DNA of 64,000 nt from an uncultured Bacteroidota bacterium (GCA_963700635.1 CAVOYH010000001.1:1-64000), one strand, 5' to 3'. Positions 39,582-49,727 are shown, numbered from the stretch's first letter. Numbers and translations are program-made. Notes: generated from the letters alone by a model not told the origin.

Positions 39582-40995
39582 ATGCCTCCCCATCTTGATA
39601 TCAACGCCGTTGGTGATCCGTCCGGAGAAAAACACCGGGTTGCCCTGACTTCGGTCCTGGCCGCAATCTTCATAACCGTGCTGAAGCTTGTGGTCGGATT
39701 CGAGACGAACAGTCTCGGTCTTCTGTCGGAGGCGGCGCATTCCGGGCTGGACTTTCTGGCCGCATTGTTAACGTTATTTGCCGTGCGCGTGTCCGGCCGT
39801 CCGCCCGACAAAGAGCATCAATACGGTCATGGAAAGATTGAAAACCTCTCTGCGTTTGTCGAGACCCTTCTTCTTGTCCTCACATGCTCGTGGATCATCT
39901 GGGAGGCGATTGACCGCCTGATCAGCGGAGAGACACACGTGGAATCGTCGATGTGGAGTTTTATCGTCATTGGCATCGCGATTGTCGTGGATATCAGCCG
40001 GTCACGGGCGCTCAAGCGCGTTGCAATAAAGTACCGGAGTCAGGCCCTGGAAGCGGACGCCCTGCATTTTTCGAGTGATGTCTGGAGTTCCCTTGTTGTC
40101 CTGTTCGGCCTTGGTGTTTGTCCATTTCGGATACATGTGGGTGGACTCCGTGGCGGCCATTGTTGTTGCCATACTCGTCCTCTTTGTCAGCTACCGTCTG
40201 GGGAGGCGGACGATCGACGCGCTTATGGATCGGGTGCCGGAAGGAATGTACGAGGAGGTGTTGAGAACCGTGCGCGATGTGGAAGGTGTGGAGGATGTCC
40301 GCAGTATACGTATGCGGCCTTCGGGGCCAAAGGTGTTCGTGGACACGACCGTCGCCATCCGGCGGACGACCCCATTCCAGCTTGCGCATGGTATTATGGA
40401 TAAGGTTGAGAAAGCCATTCATGATCGGCACACGAATGTGGATGTTATCGTCCACGCCGAACCGTTTGAGAGTAGTGACGAAACGATCGCAGACAAGATA
40501 CGCATGATTGTTGTGAGGAAGGGAATCCGGCCGCCGCACAATCTGGAGGTTCATGACAGGGATGGACGCCTTCATGTGGAGTTCGACGTTGAGTACGCCG
40601 CCGGACTGCCATTCGTCGAAGCGCACAAGATGGCTGATGAGGTTGAGGCAGACATTCGCCGGGAACTTCCGTCTGTAAAGCATGTAACGGTGCATCTGGA
40701 AGAATATCTTCCGGGTCAGAATGAGGTCGTTCCGCGTGCTGAAGATGACACATTACACCGGGAGATCCTCAACTTTCTCGGATCGCAGGAGGACGTCCGC
40801 GCATACAGTGATGTGCAGGTCCTCTGTGGCGAAGATCTTTGCACCTTGACGCTGACCTGCGTCTTTGACCGGTCGTTAACCCTCGCAGAAGTGCACCGGC
40901 AGGTGTCACAGCTTGAAATCCGGCTCTACGACCGGTTTTCGGACATCCGGAAAGTCACCGTCCATGCCGAACCCGCGCCGGAGCGACCGGAATAA
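39582..40995 (+). CDS. Cation diffusion facilitator (FieF-like) with three C-terminal dimerisation domains; frameshift near 40111
   Basis: SEAAHS.LD, YGHGK.E and ADALHFSSD; three repeats ending VHAEP / VHLEE / VHAEP; one extra T in GGCCTTGGTG. Confidence 0.85.
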
Positions 40996-40996
40996 G

Positions 40997-41025
40997 TTGA
41001 CCTTCCCTCCCGTATTCCGTATCAT
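40997..41025 (+). promoter_or_regulatory. sigma70 promoter for the cytochrome operon
   Basis: TTGACC-17 nt-TATCAT, then GAGGA RBS before ATG 41049. Confidence 0.6.
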
Positions 41026-41048
41026 CGGGTAACTCTCACGAGAGGATT

Positions 41049-41519
41049 ATGAAAACATTCTTCAAGATCGCACTTATTCTTGTTGTTGCGGTAGTGGCTG
41101 TGCAGTTCATAGGGAAGCCGGAACGCACAAATCCACCGGAAGATGTCTCGATGACCCTCGTCAACCGGCTCACGGTGCCGGACACTGTCCGCGCCCTGCT
41201 CGACCGGGCATGCATGGATTGCCACTCGAACCGGACCCGCTGGCCATGGTATAGTGCCGTCGCGCCGATCTCATGGGCCGTGGCCCATGATGTGGAAGAG
41301 GGAAGGGAGCATCTGAACTTTTCGGCGTGGGGGACGTATTCACAGAAGAGGCAGGCGTCACGCCTGGAAATGATCTCTACCGTTATCGACAAGGGTGAGA
41401 TGCCGCTCAAGTCGTACCTGCTGTTCCATCCGGATGCGGAGTTGACTGAAGTGGAAAAGGACTTGCTGTGTGTCTGGGCGGAGGAGCAAAGTGACAGTCT
41501 GATGTTACGTGAAAAATAA
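41049..41519 (+). CDS. Membrane-anchored monoheme cytochrome c (Haem_bd family)
   Basis: N-terminal anchor, RACMDCHSN.T.WPWYS, GR.HLNFS and EMPL.SY...H. Confidence 0.85.
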   Translation: MKTFFKIALILVVAVVAVQFIGKPERTNPPEDVSMTLVNRLTVPDTVRALLDRACMDCHSNRTRWPWYSAVAPISWAVAHDVEEGREHLNFSAWGTYSQKRQASRLEMISTVIDKGEMPLKSYLLFHPDAELTEVEKDLLCVWAEEQSDSLMLREK

Positions 41520-41541
41520 CAGTTTCGAAAAGGCCACCACT

Positions 41542-42654
41542 GTGCGCACCTACCGCGGTATCCTCATCCTCCTGGCAGTTATCGTGTTCGCCATGGCAGA
41601 TCTACACGGTCTGCCACGGTTTGCCGCCCGGACCGGATCCAAATGCCAATCGTGCCACGTGAATCCTTCGGGTGGTGGCATGCGTCAGACCTTCGGTGCA
41701 CAGTATGGCCGGGAGGAACTTCCGGTTCCCGGCTGGTCACAGGAATTTGAACTTGAAGACGTGACAACGCTGCTTACGAATGTGCTTGGCGTTGGCGCGG
41801 ACTTTCGGACGTTGTTCTACGTGCGGGATATTCCCGACTCAACCGGCACAACTGCAAGATCTGAAAATGCCTTCTGGCAGATGCAGGGTGATCTCTACCT
41901 GAACTTCCGGATTACGCGCAAAGTGAATTTGTATCTGAAGAAGGGACTGTACAGCGGGTTTGAAGTGTTTGGCCTGCTGAACGTTCTTCCTCAAAACGGC
42001 CATGTGAAGGTCGGCAAGTTTATTCCAAACTATGGAATGAAAACGGACGACCACACGGCATTTGTGCGCACGCATACGGGGTTCAGCCCCGCGACGGGAC
42101 GGCCTGAACTGACCGGTCTGGAAGGCGCGCTCTCGCCAGGTTCAACGCATCTGACCGTCGGGTTCTTTAATGCTTCGGACGCATTCGGGGGGGCGGAGAG
42201 CAGAAAAGCGTTTCTGGGTAGGGCCGAAGGCATGTTCAAAATCAGTGAGCATGTCTATGCCGGATTCGGCGGCAACGTTTTCCACAAAGAACTTCAGCAG
42301 GATGGCGCGTCCACCCTGTACGGCGGATTTGGCTCTTTGAGTGCCGGGGATCTTACACTCCTCGGTGAAGTGGATCTGATCCGGACAAAAGGGCCGGGCG
42401 GAACCACATCGGGCATTGTCGCCTATGGTGAAGCGAACTACGTTGTGACGCCGGGCGTGGATCTGAAATTTGCCTATGATTTTTATGATCCGGACAAGGA
42501 CTTGAAATCGGGAGCACTAACGCGATACAGTTTTGGATTTGAGTTCTTTCCAATAAGCGGAGTCGAAGTGCGGCCGATGTACCGTATTCTTGTCGAGGAG
42601 CCGGTAAACGTCAAGAACAATGAGGTACACATCCTTTTCCACATCTATCTGTAA
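41542..42654 (+). CDS. Cytochrome c-porin fusion (Cyc2-like outer-membrane protein)
   Basis: Signal peptide, then LPRFAARTGSKCQSCH..., followed by about 300 aa of amphipathic beta-strands ending HILFHIYL; probable GTG start at 41542. Confidence 0.65.
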   Translation: MRTYRGILILLAVIVFAMADLHGLPRFAARTGSKCQSCHVNPSGGGMRQTFGAQYGREELPVPGWSQEFELEDVTTLLTNVLGVGADFRTLFYVRDIPDSTGTTARSENAFWQMQGDLYLNFRITRKVNLYLKKGLYSGFEVFGLLNVLPQNGHVKVGKFIPNYGMKTDDHTAFVRTHTGFSPATGRPELTGLEGALSPGSTHLTVGFFNASDAFGGAESRKAFLGRAEGMFKISEHVYAGFGGNVFHKELQQDGASTLYGGFGSLSAGDLTLLGEVDLIRTKGPGGTTSGIVAYGEANYVVTPGVDLKFAYDFYDPDKDLKSGALTRYSFGFEFFPISGVEVRPMYRILVEEPVNVKNNEVHILFHIYL

Positions 42655-42663
42655 GGAGACTGT

Positions 42664-43088
42664 ATGAGAGTGCACGTGGTGTCTGTGCTGGCGGTATTCG
42701 TCTCTCCGGTGCTTCTGGGCATTGCCGTCGGGGAAGGTTCTCCGGGAAACAGGACGATACAAGTGCGGTGTCCTACACGAGCCACGTCGCACCGATCATA
42801 AAGAAGTATTGCCTGCCCTGTCATGCAGAAGAAAGTTCCAATTCGAGTGAGCTCTCGCTGGACACGTACGCGCTTCTGATGAAGGGGGGCGAACATGGGC
42901 GTGCGGTTGTTCCGGGGAAGCCGCAGGAGAGTGTGCTTCTTAAGAAGCTTGAGGAGGAGCCGCCGTTTGGAGACCGCATGCCATTACTCTCGCGCCGCCG
43001 CAAAAATGCGGGTGCGCCCAAAGAGCTGAAGCCGGAAGAACTACGCGTGTTGAAGGAGTGGATCGCTCAGGGAGCTAAAAACAACTAG
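42664..43088 (+). CDS. Planctomycete-type monoheme cytochrome c (PSCyt1-like); frameshift after the signal peptide
   Basis: VSY..HVAPI...CLPCH, L.LD.Y..L.KGG..G..VVPG.P..S.L, RMP and WI.QGA. The signal peptide from ATG 42664 joins if one G is added at about 42745. Confidence 0.75.
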
Positions 43089-43093
43089 GGGAT

Positions 43094-43178
43094 CCGTCGC
43101 GCGGGCATGGAGGGATTCCGGGGGGTGGAAGATATGGACGGAATCCCGGGCGAGTCGGGGTATTGATGAGCGCGACGG
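43094..43178. repeat. Nested inverted repeats between convergent genes
   Basis: CCGTCGCGC(43094)/GCGCGACGG(43170) enclosing GGGATTCCG(43112)/CGGAATCCC(43139). Confidence 0.55.
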
Positions 43179-43181
43179 TGT

Positions 43182-44735
43182 CTACTGGTACACCTTCAGA
43201 GTCGGCCAGACTTCACCAACGGACTGCCGCATGCCGCGGCAGACATAGATGGACAGACTGTCCTCATACGGCATGCAGTAAGAGCTGGAGACCATCCCGG
43301 CCACCTCCACGGTATCAAAAACTTCCTGGTTGTCCCGCAACGCACCCCCAAGGATGATGACGATTTCTCCCGTATAGTCACCCGGTCCCCAGAGCCAGTA
43401 ATTGTTGTGACGCCCGATGGATTTCGGGAGGCCGTAGTGCTTTCCGAAGAAATCGATGGCTCCGCAGCGGCCGTAGTTATCCGCAAAAACCGCACAGTGC
43501 GCCCGTTCGTCGGGGTTCAACCGGTGATACACCTCGGCCACAGCAGCTGCCTTTTCCGGCCAGCCAAACATGTCGGCGTAAAACTGCGGGAGTTTTGCCA
43601 GACGGTGGTTTTCTGCAGTATGTGGTTTGATGCCGAGAGTCTCAGCAAAGCGTACATACTGCTCCACCGGGAGAATCGGGAGAACAAGAGGGGCGAGGGC
43701 CAGGCCGGCGACCACTAACACCATCCCGTACAAGGGGCGGAGCCACCGGGCAAACCTCACAGCGGTCAACCTCTCGATCATCACCCCACCTGCGGCGGAA
43801 AGCGGAGGGAATGCCGCAGCAAGATACTCTCCTTTACTGTGTCCGTTCAGAACAAGAACACCCGCGACGACAAGAATCGCCACGCCCAGAAATCTGTACG
43901 AGGGAGTGGTCCGCGTGAAGAGCAAAAAGATCAGTCCGGACCCCCAGAGAGGGACCGCCACCGGATTGTGAAGGGTGAGTTGATCACTCAGAAATGAGAG
44001 GGGAGAGAGCCCTGCATACTTCCCGCTCACCGCGTTTCTGATGAATTCGAGGTGGGGAAGGTCATGGACGATATTCCACACCACGTACGGGAGGAAGCAG
44101 AGCATTGCCAGGCCGGCCGCGAGGTACGGCCAACGCGTACGGAGCCAATGGCGGTGCGTCGAGAACAGAATCCCCACGCCAAGTCCGGTGGCGAACCAGA
44201 GAATGCCAATCTTGTTGAGCGCCCCTACCCCGATCACCAGCCCCAGAAGGAGCCAGTACCGCGGATTCTGCGTACGCACGAGGAGGATGCTCGTGTATGC
44301 GGCCAGCGTCCAGAAGAGAACGTCGTAGGCGTTCATCGAGTAGATGGTACCGAAGGCGAGAAAAATCGGAGAAATCGCCGTACCGATGGCCGCAAGCATC
44401 TGTGCGGTCCGTCCGCCGTCAAGCAGACGGGCGATATGTCCGGCCAGAAACACGACAACAGCAAACAGAAGTCCGGGAACCAGCCGCAACGCAAAGAGTG
44501 AATCCCCGATGACGAATCGGATTATGGCCAGCGCCAGGATTGAAAACGGCGGATGATCGACGTAACCGGCGTCAGGATGGTCGGCACAGGCCAGGTAGTA
44601 CAGCTCATCGCGGAAGTATCCGTATCCGGCGAAAGCATTCGTCCAGAGGTGCAGGGCAAGGGTGCCCAGAGCGACATAAAGAATCAGAGCAGTGTCACTG
44701 GTCAGGGTTCTGCGAAGCGTGGCAGGAGTGGGCAT
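43182..44735 (-). CDS. GT39/ArnT-like membrane glycosyltransferase
   Basis: YGYFRDELYY, YVDHPP and ALRL motifs, many TM helices, C-terminal soluble domain. Confidence 0.82.
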   Translation of the reverse strand: MPTPATLRRTLTSDTALILYVALGTLALHLWTNAFAGYGYFRDELYYLACADHPDAGYVDHPPFSILALAIIRFVIGDSLFALRLVPGLLFAVVVFLAGHIARLLDGGRTAQMLAAIGTAISPIFLAFGTIYSMNAYDVLFWTLAAYTSILLVRTQNPRYWLLLGLVIGVGALNKIGILWFATGLGVGILFSTHRHWLRTRWPYLAAGLAMLCFLPYVVWNIVHDLPHLEFIRNAVSGKYAGLSPLSFLSDQLTLHNPVAVPLWGSGLIFLLFTRTTPSYRFLGVAILVVAGVLVLNGHSKGEYLAAAFPPLSAAGGVMIERLTAVRFARWLRPLYGMVLVVAGLALAPLVLPILPVEQYVRFAETLGIKPHTAENHRLAKLPQFYADMFGWPEKAAAVAEVYHRLNPDERAHCAVFADNYGRCGAIDFFGKHYGLPKSIGRHNNYWLWGPGDYTGEIVIILGGALRDNQEVFDTVEVAGMVSSSYCMPYEDSLSIYVCRGMRQSVGEVWPTLKVYQ

Positions 44736-44935
44736 CAAGTCCTCAGCGTGGTATGCGGTGTATTCCCCGGGACAACCTCTCTCCCTGTACGGGATTGCAG
44801 GCGAGAGGTTGCGGGATAGATGCCTTGCGCGCTGGCCTTTGCTTGGGCCTGAGGGAGCAGGAGTCCGGCAACGGACGGGTCCGTCCGGACTCTACTCCCT
44901 CCCGGGTGTGTAGTAAAATCTGGTCTCCGGTTTCC

Positions 44936-46303
44936 TCAGACTGGCGGAACCGGGAATTGGGCAATCTGGGACAGGGCTGCCTTCACCTCATTGAGGTGCA
45001 GTTTGTGATTCTCCAGTTTTCCGGCGAAGTAGGCGTCATACGCCGACATGTCGAAATGTCCGTGTCCGCTCAGATTAAACAGAATCACGCGCCGTTGTCC
45101 TTCCTCTTTTGCGCGGAGTGCTTCGTCGATTGCTGCCTTGATAGCATGAGATGACTCAGGCGCGGGGATGATTCCTTCGGTGCGTGAGAACAGAACGGCC
45201 GCCTCAAACACCTCGTTTTGCATATAGGCGCGCGCCTCGATCAGATCGCTGAGCAGTAACCTGCTGAGAATAGGGGAGACACCATGATAACGTAATCCGC
45301 CCGCGTGAATAGACGGCGGAACAAACGTATGTCCCAGCGTGTGCATGGGCAGCAGGGGGGTCATCATGGCTGTATCCCCGAAGTCATACCGGAATTCCCC
45401 TTTGGTAAGGGTCGGACACGATGCCGGCTCGACTGCAATAGCCCGCACCTTCTTGCCCTTGAGGCGCTCCCGGATAAACGGAATTGCGATACCGCCGAAG
45501 TTTGACCCGCCCCCCACACATCCGATCACCATATCGGGAAAACGATCGATCTTCTCCATCTGCTTCATCGCCTCGGTGCCGATGATGGTCTGATGGAGGA
45601 GAACATGGTTGAGCACGCTGCCCAGGGAATAGTTGGTGTCGTCCCGTCCCGCGGCATCTTCCACTGCCTCGCTGATTGCCAGACCGAGACTCCCGGGAGA
45701 GTCCGGGTTTGCTGCGAGTGCTGCACGTCCGGCCTGTGTATCGGGACTCGGACTCGGCACCACTTCCCCTCCCCACGTATGGATCATCGACCGGCGGTAC
45801 GGTTTCTGTTCGTAGCTCACACGCACCATATAGACCTTACATTCCAGTCCGAACATCTGGCAGGCCAGACTCAGCGAGCTTCCCCATTGTCCCGCTCCTG
45901 TCTCTGTTGCCAGTCGTTTGATCCCCGCCTTCTTATTATAGTAGGCCTGTGGAATTGCGGTGTTCGGTTTGTGGCTTCCGGCCGGACTAACACCTTCATA
46001 CTTGAAGTATATCTCGGCCGGCGTATCCAGGTGTCGCTCCAGGTTCTTGGCGCGGACAAGCGGAGTGGGCCGGAACGTCCGGTAGATTTCCTGAACCTCT
46101 TCCGGAATATCGATGTAGCGATCACCGCTCATCTCCTGCTTGATCAGCTCCATCGGAAAGATTGCGGCCAGATCCTGCGGTGTAACGGGCTTCTGTGTTC
46201 CCGGATGGAGAGGCGGTGCCAGAGGGGTGGGAAGATCCGGCAGGATATTATAGTACGCTGTCGGCATTTCATGTTCATCGAGAAAGATTTGGCGCGGTGT
46301 CAT
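44936..46303 (-). CDS. trpB2: TrpB2 (stand-alone tryptophan synthase beta-like PLP enzyme)
   Basis: GSHKPNTA (PLP lysine), [38 protein letters not shown] and NLSGHG; start ATG 46303; no trpA adjacent. Confidence 0.93.
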   Translation of the reverse strand: MTPRQIFLDEHEMPTAYYNILPDLPTPLAPPLHPGTQKPVTPQDLAAIFPMELIKQEMSGDRYIDIPEEVQEIYRTFRPTPLVRAKNLERHLDTPAEIYFKYEGVSPAGSHKPNTAIPQAYYNKKAGIKRLATETGAGQWGSSLSLACQMFGLECKVYMVRVSYEQKPYRRSMIHTWGGEVVPSPSPDTQAGRAALAANPDSPGSLGLAISEAVEDAAGRDDTNYSLGSVLNHVLLHQTIIGTEAMKQMEKIDRFPDMVIGCVGGGSNFGGIAIPFIRERLKGKKVRAIAVEPASCPTLTKGEFRYDFGDTAMMTPLLPMHTLGHTFVPPSIHAGGLRYHGVSPILSRLLLSDLIEARAYMQNEVFEAAVLFSRTEGIIPAPESSHAIKAAIDEALRAKEEGQRRVILFNLSGHGHFDMSAYDAYFAGKLENHKLHLNEVKAALSQIAQFPVPPV

Positions 46304-46383
46304 GACACGTTCTCCGGTGAATGGTGGAAGGGATGGGCCCATAGAATGCGAAACCGCGGGGAGATGTGCCCACGGTTCAAGAC

Positions 46384-46425
46384 AAAAAAAAGTGGGAACA
46401 CTCCACACAGGGTGTTCCCACTTTT
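46384..46425 (-). terminator. Attenuator terminator upstream of trpB2
   Basis: Minus strand AAAAGTGGGAACAC-loop-GTGTTCCCACTTTTTTTT. Confidence 0.9.
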
Positions 46426-46445
46426 GAGCCACTATATGTGATAAC

Positions 46446-46490
46446 TCAAGCCAGTGGGAACACCGAAACGCGGCGCCACCACCAGGACAT
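46446..46490 (-). CDS. trpL: Trp leader peptide [14 protein letters not shown] (or 25 aa from the in-frame ATG at 46523)
   Basis: ATG TCC TGG TGG TGG CGC CGC GTT TCG GTG TTC CCA CTG GCT TGA; three tandem Trp codons ahead of the terminator; too short for the ORF track. Confidence 0.88.
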   Translation of the reverse strand: MSWWWRRVSVFPLA

Positions 46491-46534
46491 ACCTTTTGTA
46501 TTATTTAGAGCTATGTGTGACATAGGAATACATT

Positions 46535-46563
46535 ATGATAGCAAAGGTTGGAGAGTTTGTCAA
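46535..46563 (-). promoter_or_regulatory. sigma70 promoter for the leader-trpB2 transcript
   Basis: Minus strand TTGACA-17 nt-TATCAT with an extended TG. Confidence 0.7.
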
Positions 46564-46619
46564 GTAATACTTTTCCTTCGTTTCTCCTGCGCCGCTTCCC
46601 CGGACGGATGTCCGGCCAC

Positions 46620-46648
46620 TTGCACCTCCCCACGTAGACCCGTATATT
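46620..46648 (+). promoter_or_regulatory. Divergent sigma70 promoter for the transglutaminase-like gene
   Basis: TTGCAC-17 nt-TATATT. Confidence 0.5.
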
Positions 46649-46676
46649 TTTATGCCCAATAACAGAGGATCCTCTC

Positions 46677-48152
46677 ATGTCATCCCGACGTTTTCTCCCC
46701 GGTGCGTGCTTCGCTGTCGTCTTGTTCCTCCTTCTGATTCCTGTTTCCGCGGAAACCACAGAGCCGCCTGAAGGCGGGGATATCCAGGCGTTGATCCAGA
46801 CAGGTGAATTCCGGAAGGCTGATCGCGCCATTCTGGAGAAGCTTATGATTGATTCGACGCTGTCCGCCACGGATCGCCTCCGCCTTGAATTCGAACGGGA
46901 ACGGATGACCCGCATCCGGTTGGATTTTACGAAGACGGAAGCTGACGTCCGCGCAGAAGTGGGGAAGTGGATTCCGGATGCGGGGGACGCGGATTACCGG
47001 CAGTGGGAAAAAAGTGGCGCACTCGAGATGATGGTGATTGACGGAGAAAACCGGTATTTCAATTCTGCCGCGCGGAATCTTTTCCGGATCGACTCCGCCG
47101 CACGACAAATCTGGCAGGCCGGACACCGTGATGCGCCGCCCGCAACAGGTCTGGCGTCCGAAGACGGCCTGAACCGCCACATTATCGATGTGATGGCGGA
47201 CGCAGTGAAATCAGGAACCCCGTTTGTAAGACCCGTTCGCCTGCGCATCACCCACCGGATTTCCGTTGATGCCGACGCAGTGCCTGCCGGTGAAATTGTC
47301 CGCTGCTGGTTACCGTTCCCGCGCGAGATCAACGCGCGCCAGGAAGCCATCCGCGTTCTTTCCAGTGAGCCACGCGATTATCTGATCGCCGACAATGAAC
47401 GATACCTGCAACGGACCGTGTATTGTGAACGGGAGGCGGTGACCGCACAGAAGACAGAGTTCCTCATACAGTATGAGTACACTTCATATGGCGCGTACAC
47501 AGCCGTGGATACCTCACGGGTAAAACCCTCCATAGCCAGCCCCGAACTCGAGCCGTTTCTCCGGGAAGAGCCGCCCCATATCAGATTTACCCCTGCGTTG
47601 CGGGCGCTTTCAGCGCAGGTCTTGGGACAGGAACAAAACCCCCTGAAGATTGCGCGCCTGTTGTATGCCTGGGTGGACACACATGTGCCCTGGGCCTCGG
47701 CCCGGGAATATTCAACTGTTCCATCACTCAGCGAATACGCGTTCACCAGCCGCCATGGCGATTGCGGCATGCAGACAATGTTGTATATCACGCTCCTGCG
47801 AATGAATGGGATCCCCGCGCGGTGGCAGTCGGGATGGGAGTTCCGCCCCCCGGGCGACAGCATGCACGATTGGGGGATGATCTACTTCGAACCGTATGGG
47901 TGGGTGCCGATGGATGTGACCTATGGTGTCCGGAGTGCGGAGGATGATGCGATGAAGTTTTTCTATGTTAATGGCATGGACAGTTACCGCTTAATTTTTA
48001 ATGATGCGGCAGGAACGCAGTTCTATCCCGCAAAAATTTTCCCCCGGTCGGAGACCGTGGATTCTCAACGCGGGGAAGTGGAATGGCGCGGAGGAAACCT
48101 TTATTTTGACAAATGGGACTGGGACCTGGAGTGGAGCGTCGTGGGGGAGTGA
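46677..48152 (+). CDS. Exported transglutaminase-like domain protein
   Basis: Signal peptide; catalytic triad motifs GDCG, HDW and PMDVT; GIPARWQSG. Confidence 0.82.
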   Translation: MSSRRFLPGACFAVVLFLLLIPVSAETTEPPEGGDIQALIQTGEFRKADRAILEKLMIDSTLSATDRLRLEFERERMTRIRLDFTKTEADVRAEVGKWIPDAGDADYRQWEKSGALEMMVIDGENRYFNSAARNLFRIDSAARQIWQAGHRDAPPATGLASEDGLNRHIIDVMADAVKSGTPFVRPVRLRITHRISVDADAVPAGEIVRCWLPFPREINARQEAIRVLSSEPRDYLIADNERYLQRTVYCEREAVTAQKTEFLIQYEYTSYGAYTAVDTSRVKPSIASPELEPFLREEPPHIRFTPALRALSAQVLGQEQNPLKIARLLYAWVDTHVPWASAREYSTVPSLSEYAFTSRHGDCGMQTMLYITLLRMNGIPARWQSGWEFRPPGDSMHDWGMIYFEPYGWVPMDVTYGVRSAEDDAMKFFYVNGMDSYRLIFNDAAGTQFYPAKIFPRSETVDSQRGEVEWRGGNLYFDKWDWDLEWSVVGE

Positions 48153-48158
48153 GGAACG

Positions 48159-49727
48159 TTAACCGTACGGACCCGCCGGTTCAGTGACCGTCACCGTGCC
48201 GCCCCTCTTCTGATTCGCCGGTGTGACGTAGATGCCCGCTTTGCCCGGAAGCGGGCATTTTGTTTCGCATATGCCACAGCCGATGCACAGCTCTTTAATC
48301 ACGTACGGGTACTTCACCCGCTTTTTCGAGCCATCGCGCAGAACGACATCCCGGACCTCAAACTTGATGGCCTTGTCCGGCGTGGGACAATGCTCTTCAC
48401 ACACGATACAATCGGTATTCTGGGCAAACGGGATACAGATATTTTTTTCGAAGTACGCCAGCCCGATGGGTGTCTGTTGCTTCTGTGCCAGCGTCAATGG
48501 CAGGATGGCATCAGTCGGGCATACTTCCCCGCACAGATTGCAGTTGTACTCGCAGTACCCCTCCCGCATCACCGCCACAGGCAGCCAGAGTTCTTCGAAA
48601 TGTGTATGGATATGATCGGGTTGCAGACATCCCCCGTTGGATTTGCAGATGCGCACACACTCCAGGCACCGGATACATTTATCGGCAAATTCATCCTCGG
48701 GCAATGCGCCGGGGGGGCGCACCTGGTAGTTCCTGGCATCCCTGCTGGTCAATCCGAGATTCAGCAGGCCAAGTGCCGCCACACTTGCGACCGACGTCTG
48801 CATCAGCTGTCGCCGCGAATAGTCCACAGGGGTGTGATACGGTTTCCACCGCCAGCGATATGTGATGGCTTTTATTTTTGGCGGACACACCGACCCGCAA
48901 TTAAAACAATCGATACACTCGACTTTACTCGTGTGGTGCACGTCGCCACCCGGGATGGCGTTCATTTTGCATTCGGTCTGACATTTGTTGCACACCGGAC
49001 AGGCTTCACCCACAAGCCGTTCAAACAGGCGGAACTGCGAAAGAAACCCAAGCCAGGCTCCGGCGGGACAGATATTCCGGCACCAGAACCGGCGTGACAC
49101 TTTTTCAAGACCCAGAATGACGCCGAGCAACAGGGTAATCCAGAAGAGTTCCTGATGGTAGGCCTGCGTTTCCGGCATGATATAGGCTTTGAAGGGGTCG
49201 TGCAGAAAATACGCCGCATCTTCCAGGAAAGGGACACGTGCCGCCGCAAGGAGAGTGGAGTCGGCAACAAGAGTGGCGAAAGGGTACAGGACGACTGTCA
49301 GAGCCCGGTTGAAAATTGACAGCGGATCAAGGTATCCCCAGACATGAACTGAAAAAAAGGCCAGGATGACAGTTCCGGTGAGGATGGCGAACTTCAGGTA
49401 CCGCAACTTCTCCCATCGTTCTGATGTGCGGTTGGATGGGGAACCCATCATCGTGCTAGCCGCGTCGATCGTCGTTCCCAGCGGGCATATCCATCCGCAG
49501 AAGAACCGTCCCAGGAAAGGCGTCAGGACAAGAATGATCAGCGCAGGCCAGAATATCCAGGAGAAGTGAAGGTGCTGGATAAAATCAAACAGTGGTAGAA
49601 GCGGGCTGAACCGGAGGAAGATGTCCGCCTCAATCTGACCGGTATACGGATAGCGGGCAATCAGAAAGAGGTACAGGAAAAACAGGAGGAAGAGAATCTG
49701 AACGACCCTGCGAATCTTCGCGATCAT
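48159..49727 (-). CDS. Membrane polyferredoxin (NapH-like fused to MauM/NapG-like)
   Basis: FCGWICPLG and WCRNICPAG, several CxxCxxC..CP clusters, RPPGA..E..F...CIRC. Confidence 0.85.
   Translation of the reverse strand: MIAKIRRVVQILFLLFFLYLFLIARYPYTGQIEADIFLRFSPLLPLFDFIQHLHFSWIFWPALIILVLTPFLGRFFCGWICPLGTTIDAASTMMGSPSNRTSERWEKLRYLKFAILTGTVILAFFSVHVWGYLDPLSIFNRALTVVLYPFATLVADSTLLAAARVPFLEDAAYFLHDPFKAYIMPETQAYHQELFWITLLLGVILGLEKVSRRFWCRNICPAGAWLGFLSQFRLFERLVGEACPVCNKCQTECKMNAIPGGDVHHTSKVECIDCFNCGSVCPPKIKAITYRWRWKPYHTPVDYSRRQLMQTSVASVAALGLLNLGLTSRDARNYQVRPPGALPEDEFADKCIRCLECVRICKSNGGCLQPDHIHTHFEELWLPVAVMREGYCEYNCNLCGEVCPTDAILPLTLAQKQQTPIGLAYFEKNICIPFAQNTDCIVCEEHCPTPDKAIKFEVRDVVLRDGSKKRVKYPYVIKELCIGCGICETKCPLPGKAGIYVTPANQKRGGTVTVTEPAGPYG

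Noticed and set aside
46304-46432. N-terminal extension of TrpB2 given by the ORF track
   Set aside because: It runs through the attenuator terminator; the family-like sequence begins at ATG 46303.
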